Below are positions 36,981-48,109 of a DNA stretch of 64,000 bases, one piece after another. How positions within the stretch are numbered: position 1 is the first letter of the stretch; each line of letters starts with the position of its first letter. The position numbers were made by a program, and so were the translations under genes. The notes under the pieces were generated by a model. It was not told the origin of the DNA and ran no database searches. It saw nothing but the letters and a program-made list of their open reading frames with translations. The DNA is from an uncultured Alphaproteobacteria bacterium (GTDB lineage Bacteria > Pseudomonadota > Alphaproteobacteria > Bin95), in the NCBI GenBank assembly GCA_963807085.1, contig CAWEBB010000026.1, positions 314 through 64,313 on the forward strand, in the 5' to 3' direction.

Positions 36981-37643
36981 CTATTGTTCCAGGATGGACT
37001 GACCGGTCTTTTCCCAGTCAGCCAGGAAAGCGGCCAGCCCCTTGTCCGTCAGAGGATGATTGTACAATTGGCGGATCACATTCGGCGGCAAGGTCGATAC
37101 ATGGGCGCCCATCTTGGCCGCCTGCAGCAGGTGCACGGGGTGGCGGATGGAAGCGACCAGCACCTCTGTTTCGATGGCATCATATTGCCGGTAAATCTGG
37201 AGGATGTCGCCGATCAACTGCATCCCGTCCTGAGAAAGATCGTCGAGCCGCCCGACAAACGGCGAGATAAACGAGGCGCCGGCCTTTGCCGCCAACAAGG
37301 CCTGGGTGGCCGAGAAACAGAGGGTGACGTTAACCATTGTTCCTTCCCCCCGCAGCGCCTTACAGGTTTTCAGCCCGTCGACGGTCAGCGGTACCTTCAC
37401 GACCACGTTGGGCGCGATCTTCGCCAGTCGGCGGCCCTCGGCCAGCATGGTCTCGAAGTCCATCGCGGCCACTTCCGCAGACACCGGGCCGGGCACGACC
37501 TCGCAAATCGCCGCTATCACGTCAACGATCTTTTGGCCGGTTTTCGCCATCAGCGACGGGTTCGTCGTCACCCCGTCCAGCAGGCCGGTTTCGCTCAAAT
37601 CGCGGATTTCGTTCAGGTCCGCAGTATCGACAAAGAACTTCAT
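36981..37643 (-). CDS. tal: Transaldolase / fructose-6-phosphate aldolase (short Fsa/TalC subfamily)
   Basis: 220 aa; [34 protein letters not shown]...KVPLT... Confidence 0.85.
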   Translation of the reverse strand: MKFFVDTADLNEIRDLSETGLLDGVTTNPSLMAKTGQKIVDVIAAICEVVPGPVSAEVAAMDFETMLAEGRRLAKIAPNVVVKVPLTVDGLKTCKALRGEGTMVNVTLCFSATQALLAAKAGASFISPFVGRLDDLSQDGMQLIGDILQIYRQYDAIETEVLVASIRHPVHLLQAAKMGAHVSTLPPNVIRQLYNHPLTDKGLAAFLADWEKTGQSILEQ

Positions 37644-37782
37644 TTACCATCTCCGCCGCTCGGCCCCCCGTGACCGTGGGAGCGCGACCGGGTATGGTTT
37701 CGGCATCGGATTCGTTGAGGGCAGTCTAGCGGAAGCTGCCGAGCGAGACTAGGCCAGACCCCCCTTTTCGTCAGATCGTCAG

Positions 37783-39987
37783 ATGGAACATCACCAGACA
37801 GTCCCGGTCGGGCTCCCCACCATCCTGCCGTTCGAGCGGCCGCTGACCTATGCCGTGCCAGAGGGCATGCATCTGGCGCCGGGCGACTGGGTGGAGGTGC
37901 CGCTCGGCAAGCGCAGCCTGATCGGCGTCGTGTGGGATGCGGACGATCAGCCCTGTACAGGCCAGGAGGTTGCGCCGGAAAAACTCAAACCGGTGGCCGC
38001 CCGTCTTGACGCGCCGCAGATGCGGAAGCCGCTGCGGCAGGTGATCGACTGGGTGGCAGCCTACACACTCAGCCCGCATGGCGCGGTCTTGCGCATGGCG
38101 ACACACCTGCCCGCCCTGATTCAACCGGAAGCCGCCCGCACCGCGTACCGCGCGAGCGACACCATGCCGGACGGCGTGCGGGTGACGGCGGCCCGGCAAA
38201 AGGTGCTGGAAGCCGCGTCCGCCTCTTCGCTTTCCGGCCGCCCGCTTGCCGCGCGCGAGTTGGCGCAAACCGCCGGGGTCAGCGATGCGGTCGTGCGCGC
38301 CATGGCGGATGCGGGCCTGCTGCAACGCGTCGCCCTGCTGCCCCGCCGGCCGCCGGCCCCCGATCCCAGCCTCGCCGGCCCTGCGCTTTCGCCGGAACAG
38401 CAGGCCGCGGCGCGCACGCTGGCAGAAGCCGTCGAGGCAGAGCAGTTCCAGGTCGATCTGCTGGATGGCGTCACCGGCTCCGGCAAGACCGAGGTCTATT
38501 TCGAGGCCATTGCCGCCGCCCTGCGTGCGGGCGGCCAAGCGCTCGTGCTGCTGCCGGAGATCGCCTTGACGGCGCAATGGCTGGACAGGTTCCACGCCCG
38601 GTTCGGCGCAGCCCCTATCGTCTGGCATTCCGAGATCGGGCCGCCCGCTCGCCGGCGCGCCTGGCGCTGGATCGCAGACGGCAGTGCCAAAATCGTCGTC
38701 GGCGCCCGCTCGGCGCTGTTTCTACCCTTCGCCGACCTGCGGCTGATCGTGGTGGACGAGGAACACGACCAGGCCTTCAAACAGGAAGACGGCGTGCACT
38801 ACCACGCCCGCGATATCGCCATCGTCCGCGCCCGGTACGAATCGGCGCCGATCTGCCTGGCCTCCGCCACGCCATCGCTGGAGACCGTCGCGAATGTCGA
38901 GCGTGGCCGCTATCGCCGCCTGGCCCTGCCGGACAGGCACGGCGGCGCCAGCATGCCCACGGTTGAAGTGGTCGACCTGATCAAGCAGCCGCCCCCGCGC
39001 GGCCAGTGGATCGCACCGCCGCTGGCCGATGCGGTCTCGCAAGCGCTGGCGGACGGGGAACAGGCGCTGCTGTTCCTGAACCGGCGCGGCTATGCCCCGC
39101 TGACGCTCTGCCGGACCTGCGGCCATCGCTTCGCCTGCCCCTACTGCTCCGCGTGGCTGGTGGAACACCGCTATACCGGCCGCCTGCAATGCCATCATTG
39201 CGGCCATAGCGAGCGCCTGCCGTCCGCCTGCCCCACCTGCAACGCGACGGAAAGCTTCGCCGCCTGCGGCCCCGGTGTCGAACGGATCGCGGAAGAAGTG
39301 GCCGGGCGCTGGCCCGAGGCGCGGGTGGCCGTCATGTCCTCCGACCTGCTGCCGGGGCCGCAGGCCGTGGCGGAGCTGATCCGCGCCATCGGCGAGCACG
39401 AGATCGATCTGATCGTCGGCACGCAATTGATCGCCAAGGGCCATCATTTCCCGTTGCTGACAGTGGTCGGCGTCATCGACTCTGACCTGGGCCTGGCGGG
39501 CGGCGACCTGCGCGCATCGGAACGGACTTTTCAGCTTTTGACCCAAGTGGCGGGCCGCGCCGGCCGGGCCGAGAAACCGGGCCGCGTTTTGTTGCAGACG
39601 GCGGAACCGTCACAGCCGGTGCTCCAGGCCCTCGCCGCCGGCGACCGGGACGGGTTCTATCGGGTCGAGGCGGCGGCCAGACGCGATTCCCGCATGCCGC
39701 CGTTCGGCCGGCTGGCGGCCCTCATCGTCTCCGCCAACGAGCTGGGCCCCGCGATGACGTTCGCTCAGCAACTGGCCGCGACCGCCCCGCACGGCGAGAA
39801 AGTCCGGGTGCTGGGGCCGGCGCCCGCGCCGCTCTCCCTCATCCGCGGACGGCACCGGGTGCGCCTGTTGTTGCATGCGGCCCGTGACGTGAATGTGCCG
39901 CTAATTCTGCGTGACTGGCTTGGCGGGGCCAAGCCGAGCGGAAGCGTGCGCCTGACGATCGACATGGATCCGTACAGCTTCCTTTGA
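37783..39987 (+). CDS. priA: Primosomal protein N' (replication restart helicase PriA)
   Basis: 734 aa; Walker A LLDGVTGSGKTEVY, DEEH box, Cys-rich zinc region CRTCGHRFACPYCSAWLVEHRYTGRLQCHHCGHSERLPSACPTC. Confidence 0.92.
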   Translation: MEHHQTVPVGLPTILPFERPLTYAVPEGMHLAPGDWVEVPLGKRSLIGVVWDADDQPCTGQEVAPEKLKPVAARLDAPQMRKPLRQVIDWVAAYTLSPHGAVLRMATHLPALIQPEAARTAYRASDTMPDGVRVTAARQKVLEAASASSLSGRPLAARELAQTAGVSDAVVRAMADAGLLQRVALLPRRPPAPDPSLAGPALSPEQQAAARTLAEAVEAEQFQVDLLDGVTGSGKTEVYFEAIAAALRAGGQALVLLPEIALTAQWLDRFHARFGAAPIVWHSEIGPPARRRAWRWIADGSAKIVVGARSALFLPFADLRLIVVDEEHDQAFKQEDGVHYHARDIAIVRARYESAPICLASATPSLETVANVERGRYRRLALPDRHGGASMPTVEVVDLIKQPPPRGQWIAPPLADAVSQALADGEQALLFLNRRGYAPLTLCRTCGHRFACPYCSAWLVEHRYTGRLQCHHCGHSERLPSACPTCNATESFAACGPGVERIAEEVAGRWPEARVAVMSSDLLPGPQAVAELIRAIGEHEIDLIVGTQLIAKGHHFPLLTVVGVIDSDLGLAGGDLRASERTFQLLTQVAGRAGRAEKPGRVLLQTAEPSQPVLQALAAGDRDGFYRVEAAARRDSRMPPFGRLAALIVSANELGPAMTFAQQLAATAPHGEKVRVLGPAPAPLSLIRGRHRVRLLLHAARDVNVPLILRDWLGGAKPSGSVRLTIDMDPYSFL

Positions 39988-40230
39988 CCTCGCCCCTGTC
40001 CTCTTCCTTTGACCTCGCCTTGGCCTCACCCGGCCGCCTCGCGGCACGGGAAAGCGTCCAGTTGTCGCGAGGGCGGGCAGGAGGACTCGCCATCGGCGCA
40101 AAACGTGTGCTACTCACCCGCTCAACCGACGCACTGGTGCGTCCCGGCCGCCATCCCTGTGCCCCAGATTGCCGTACCGCCCGCACATAAATGGCCTTCA
40201 ACCGCTTTTCCGCCGTGAGGTTTTCCGACC

Positions 40231-40787
40231 GTGGCAACCAGCATTGGACCGGCTTCCGGGCTTGCCGAGCGCTACGCAGGCGCCCTTTACGAGCTGGCAG
40301 ACGAACGCAAGATTCTCGACGAGGTCGCGGACGACCTGCGGGGTCTCAAAGAGCTTTGTGCCGAAAGCGCCGATTTTCGCCGCTTGATCCGCTCGCCGGT
40401 CATCCGCCGGGAAGATCAGGAAAAGGCGATTGCGGCGATCGCCGAAAAATTCGGCGCTCAACAAATTACCACCAACTTCCTCCGCCTGGTCGCGCGCAAC
40501 CGGCGTCTGTTTGCGTTGACCGAAATGGCGGAAGCATTTCTGGCTATCCTGGCGGACCGCCGGGGCGAGGTGCGGGCGAAAATCAGCTCGGCCCATGCCC
40601 TGAGCGATGAACAGATGTCCCGCCTGGAAAGCTCCCTTCGCGATGTCGCCGGGGCCAAAGTGACCTTGGAAACCGCCGTCGATCCTTCCTTATTGGGTGG
40701 CCTGGTCGTACAACTCGGCTCCCGCATGTATGACAGCTCGCTCCGCAGCAAACTTCAGCGTCTGCAGCACGCCATGAAAGGGGTCCA

Positions 40788-40791
<4 letters not shown>
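40231..40791 (+). CDS. atpH: F1 ATP synthase subunit delta (OSCP)
   Basis: 186 aa; first gene of the F1 cluster; [15 protein letters not shown]... OSCP-like. Confidence 0.85.
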
Positions 40792-42317
<1,526 letters not shown>

Positions 42318-42363
42318 CGCCACTGACCGGAAAGCCTGAAGCGAAAGCGGAGAACGAGGCGTT

Positions 42364-43250
42364 ATGGCCAGTTTGAAGGATCTGCGCGACCGTATCGGCA
42401 GCGTGAAATCAACGCAGAAGATTACGTCCGCCATGAAAATGGTGGCGGCGGCAAAGCTGCGTCGCGCCCAGGAACAGGCCGAGGCGGCCCGTCCCTATGC
42501 GGAGCGGATGGAGCGGATGCTGTCGTCGGTGGGAAGCAGCGCGCGCGGCACGCCGGGCGCGCCGCCCCTGCTGGCGGGTACCGGCAGCGAGCAAAAACAC
42601 CTGATCGTGCTGGCGACCGCCGACCGCGGGCTGTGCGGCGGCTTCAACGCCAATCTGGTGCGGCAGGCGCGCATTCTGATCGCCGACCTGAATGGTCAGG
42701 GCAAGGATATCGAGGTGATGTTCGTCGGCCGGAAGGGCCGCGATGCGCTCCGCCGCGAACTGGGCTCTATGATGGGCGAAACCGTCGAAGGCATTGGCCG
42801 CAAGGCGGTCGCGTTCGAAGAGGCTGACGGCATCGCCGATCGTCTGCTCGAGCGTTTCGAGGCGGGCGACTTCGATGTGGCCCATCTGATTTACGCCAAA
42901 TTCAAGTCGGCTATCTCCAACGAAGTAACCGTCCAGCAACTCATCCCGGCGCCGATCCCGGACTCGGCGACGAGAACGCCGAAGACCTGGGCGGCGCCGT
43001 CTATGAATACGAACCGTCCGAGGAAGAGATCCTGAAAGATCTGCTGCCCCGAAATGTGTCGGTTCAGATCTACCGTGCATTGCTCGAAAACGCCGCCAGC
43101 GAACACGGCGCGCGCATGGCGGCGATGGACAACGCGACCCGCAATGCCGGCGAGATGATCAAAGGCCTAACGCTGACCTATAACCGCACCCGTCAGGCGA
43201 TGATCACGACAGAACTGATCGAGATCATTGCCGGCGCCGAAGCTCTATAG
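42364..43250 (+). CDS. atpG: F1 ATP synthase subunit gamma, frame broken by a 1-nt deletion near 42960-42972
   Basis: N-terminal 200 aa ([36 protein letters not shown]...) in ORF 42364..43035. The C-terminus ([42 protein letters not shown]...[11 protein letters not shown]) continues in the -1 frame (ORF 43056..43250). Restoring one base gives ~295 aa. Confidence 0.9.
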
Positions 43251-43326
43251 AGAGCCCGGCCGACGAAATGCGGCGAACCGATTGTGGCAACACCGATTGT
43301 GGCAACACTATCGACCGTAGTTTTAA

Positions 43327-44773
<1,447 letters not shown>

Positions 44774-44795
44774 CCTGGCTGGGATACCTTAACCC

Positions 44796-45215
44796 ATGAC
44801 GGACGGAAAAGTGGACTTTGAGCTGGTTTCGCCGGAGCGGCTGCTGGCATCGAAGGCGGTAGACATGGTGGTGGTGCCGGGCGGCGACGGCGATTTCGGC
44901 GTTTTGCCCGGTCACGCGCCCCTGCTCTCGACCGTGCGGCCGGGCGTGATTTTGGTTTACGACGGGCGGGAGATCTCCGACCGCATCTTTGTGGCGGGCG
45001 GTTTTGCGGAAGTAACCCGCGAGCGCTGCACGGTTCTGGCCGAGGTCGCGATGCCGGTTTCGGAGATCGACACGAATACGACCGAGCAGGATTTGCGGGA
45101 CGCCCAGGAAGATGTTGCCACCGCCACATCGGACCACGAGCGCAGTAACGCCCACCGGCGGGCGGACGTGGCCCAGGCCAAGCTAGACGCCGTGCGCCGT
45201 TCCGTCGTTCACTAG
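44796..45215 (+). CDS. atpC: F1 ATP synthase subunit epsilon
   Basis: 139 aa; VDFELVSPERLL...VLPGHAPLLSTVRPGVI. Confidence 0.92.
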   Translation: MTDGKVDFELVSPERLLASKAVDMVVVPGGDGDFGVLPGHAPLLSTVRPGVILVYDGREISDRIFVAGGFAEVTRERCTVLAEVAMPVSEIDTNTTEQDLRDAQEDVATATSDHERSNAHRRADVAQAKLDAVRRSVVH

Positions 45216-45256
45216 AGCAGATCCCGATCCGTTTGGATCGGGTGAGTTTGCTCTAG
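45212..45256 (+). terminator. Nested hairpin immediately after the atpC stop (putative atp-operon terminator); carries the same 17-nt core as 8130-8146
   Basis: ctagagca gat cccgatcc gttt ggatcggg tgagtt tgctctag: inner 8-bp stem/4-nt loop followed by a T-containing stretch, enclosed by an outer 8-bp stem. Confidence 0.55.
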
Positions 45257-45462
45257 ATCTAAGAATTAGATCCTCTTCTCCCCCTCGCCCATGAAGCCGC
45301 TGTGCAGGATACCCTGCGCGGCGGTTTTTCTTTGGGAGAAATAGCGGGCTCAATCGGATGGCCGCCGGCGCTCACCTATGGGCATTGCCGGCAGTCTCTG
45401 TTAGGTTCTGGTCTGTCTCTTTCGGCTGCATGGTCGGAAGGCAAAAGGAAAGGCAAACACGC

Positions 45463-46428
45463 ATGACAGATCGATCGTCGCAAGACGATGGGTTGGGCTT
45501 TGCCCCGGAGCACGATGTGCCCGTGCCGTATATGAAGCGTTTGCGGGACTATTATCTCGCACTCGGCTACGGCAACCCCTATCGCTGGGCGCAGTACAAG
45601 GACGTACCCTTTACGCCCCTCACCAAGCCCCTGAACCAGACCAAGGTCGGCTTGGTGGTGACCGCAGCCCCCTATCAGCCCGACAAGGGTGACCAGGGCC
45701 CCGGCGCGGCCTATAACGCCGCGGCGAAATTCTATCGGGTCTATACCCAGCCGATCGAGGGCGAGCCCGACGTGCGCGTCTCCCATATCGGCATCGACCG
45801 CAAGCACACGACCGCAGCCGATATCCACAGCTATTTCCCGCTGAAGGCGCTGAAACAGGCGGCGGCGGAAGGGCGGATCGGCGCGCTAGCCGAGCGCTTC
45901 GTCGGTACGCCCACCAACCGCAGCCAGGTCGCCACGATCGAACAGGATTGCCCGGACGTGCTGGCGGAACTGCGCTCGGATGGGGTCGAAGCCGCCGTCC
46001 TCGTCGCTGCTTGACCGGTGTGCCATCAGACCGTGAGTTTGACCGCACGCTATCTGGAAGCGAACGGCATTCCGACCGTCATCATGGGCTGCGCCAAGGA
46101 TATCGTGGAGCATGCGGGCGTACCGCGCTTCCTCTTCAGCGATTTCCCGCTCGGCAATGCGGCCGGCAAGCCGCATGACCCGGAATCGCAACGCGAGACG
46201 CTGGCAATGGCCCTGGACCTGCTGGAGGCCGCCACCGGCCCCCGCACCACGCGGCAATCGCCGCAGCGCTGGAACGATGACGCGGACTGGAAGCTCGACT
46301 ACCAGAACGTGGACCGCATCCCGCCGGAGGAGATCGCCCGCCGCCGGGCAGAGTTCGACGAGGTAAAGCGGGTCGCCAAGCAACGCCGGGACGATGCCGG
46401 GGGCGGTTCCGCCGCCGCAGCGGAATAA
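45463..46428 (+). CDS. GrdB/PrdB-family (glycine/sarcosine/betaine/D-proline reductase protein-B-like) reductase with in-frame TGA at 46012-46014: candidate selenoprotein (U-P-V-C motif)
   Basis: ORFs 45358..46014 and 46018..46428 share one frame and are separated only by TGA. The joined product is 321 aa (MTDRSSQDDG...AVLVAA-U-PVCHQTVSLTARYLEANGIPTVIMGCAKD...) with an AAGGA RBS before the ATG at 45463. The UxxC arrangement and ~320-aa size fit protein-B-like selenoproteins; the family assignment is from memory of the fold. No convincing SECIS hairpin found by eye. Confidence 0.5.
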
Positions 46429-46641
46429 ACAGGACGGGCGAGTTCGGGTTGCCTCCGCAAGCGTCGGTACGCCGCTATCGTCATTGCGAGGAATTGCGGC
46501 CAAATAGCCGGGGGACGAAGCAATCCAGCGCCGCCGGCTCTCCGCACCGGCCGGGGGTTGTCTCGCCCGCCTTACCGCCGGGCTCGCAACGGCGGCGATT
46601 GGGATGCGGTTGGCGAAAGCTTGTTAGTTGAGAGTGGAAAA

Positions 46642-47859
46642 ATGACAGAGAACCTGCCCTTGAGCGGCATTCGCGTGATCGACATCGGCACGCTCATCGC
46701 CGGGCCGTTCGCCGCGACGCTGCTGGGCGATTTCGGCGCGGAGGTGATCAAGGTCGAGCAGCCCGGCCGCGGCGACGCGCTGCGCGGCTCTCCCGTCGAT
46801 GGCAAGGCCAACCGCTCGCCTAATTGGCTGGTCGAGGGGCGCAACAAAAAGTCGATCACCCTGAACCTGCGGGTGCCCGAAGGCCAGGCGCTGCTGAAGG
46901 AACTGATCGGCCACGCCGACGTGCTGGTCGAGAACTTCACGCCGGGTACGCTGGAGAAGTGGGGGCTCGGCTGGGATGTGGTGCACGAACTGAACCCGCG
47001 CCTGATCATGACCCGCGTTTCGGGCTATGGGCAGGTTGGGCCGTACTCCAAGCGCTCGGGCTATGACCGGATCGCACTGGGCTTTTCCGGCTACATGTAC
47101 CCGACCGGCTTTCCGGACCGCTTTCCGGTGCGGCCGGCCTTTGCGACGGCCGACTACAACACCGGCACGTTTGCCGCGCTCGCGACCATGTTCGCGCTCT
47201 ACCACCGGGATGCCGGCGGCAGCAGCGGGGGCTCAGGAAAGGGCCAGATGATCGACCAGGCGCTGTATGAGGCGCCGTTCCGGATCACTGCCGACATGAT
47301 GACCATGTTCGCGCGCACGGGCGAAAACCGCGAGCGCATCGGCAACCGCAACCCGACCTTCACGCCGGCGGGCACATTCGAGACCAAGGACGGGCGCTAT
47401 GTCCAGATCGCAGCGGGCGGCGACGGGGTCTGGCCCCGCCTTGCGAAGGCGATGGGACAGGCGGAACTGGCCGAAGATCCCCGCTACAAGACCACAGCCG
47501 AGCGCTCAAAGCGCGCCGACGAGATGGAGGCGATGCTGGCCGACTGGGTCGCGACCATGGACTTCGCCGAGATCGAGCCGCTGCTGGTTGGCCTCAACGT
47601 GCCCTTCGGCGGCATTTATACGGCGGAAGATATCGCATCGGACCCCCACTACGCGGCGCGCAACAACATTGCCCGCGTGCCAGATGCGGAGTTGGGCGAG
47701 GTCACCATGCCCGGCGTCTCGCCACGATTGGAGGGCACGCCCGGCCGCATCACCCACGCGGGTGAAGAGATCGGCGCGCACAACGGCGAGGTCTATGGCG
47801 ACCTGCTCGGTAAGTCCGAGGTGGAGATTGCGGCGATGAAAGAGGCGGGGGTGATTTAG
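46642..47859 (+). CDS. CoA-transferase family III (CaiB/BaiF) protein
   Basis: 405 aa from the internal ATG at 46642 with a GGA RBS (MTENLPLSGIRVIDIGTLIAGPFAATLLGDFGAEVIKVEQPG...). Co-oriented 210 nt downstream of the GrdB-like gene. Confidence 0.85.
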   Translation: MTENLPLSGIRVIDIGTLIAGPFAATLLGDFGAEVIKVEQPGRGDALRGSPVDGKANRSPNWLVEGRNKKSITLNLRVPEGQALLKELIGHADVLVENFTPGTLEKWGLGWDVVHELNPRLIMTRVSGYGQVGPYSKRSGYDRIALGFSGYMYPTGFPDRFPVRPAFATADYNTGTFAALATMFALYHRDAGGSSGGSGKGQMIDQALYEAPFRITADMMTMFARTGENRERIGNRNPTFTPAGTFETKDGRYVQIAAGGDGVWPRLAKAMGQAELAEDPRYKTTAERSKRADEMEAMLADWVATMDFAEIEPLLVGLNVPFGGIYTAEDIASDPHYAARNNIARVPDAELGEVTMPGVSPRLEGTPGRITHAGEEIGAHNGEVYGDLLGKSEVEIAAMKEAGVI

Positions 47860-48109
47860 TGACGAAGGTTGCAACGCCGGTGGCGATACAGACGGCGTTA
47901 GATCCGCTTTTTGCTCAGGCGATTCCCCGACAACTGGATTTTCGAGGAAATTCCAGTGAAAAGGTTTGCTCAAATTCTTAGAGCTGTTTCTGACTAATGA
48001 ACGTCAAATAGATTGCGACATCATAGCCTACTAGCCTATAACAGTAAGAATGGATCGTTTCTCCATTCGATCTGACATGCGCAAATATTAAATATTCGAG
48101 GAATTTCTG

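Noticed and set aside
46015-46075. Looked for a canonical bacterial SECIS hairpin right after the in-frame TGA
   Set aside because: Only a weak 7-bp stem with two G-U pairs (ggtgtgc/gcacgct) could be found by eye. Neither supportive nor refuting; needs computational folding.
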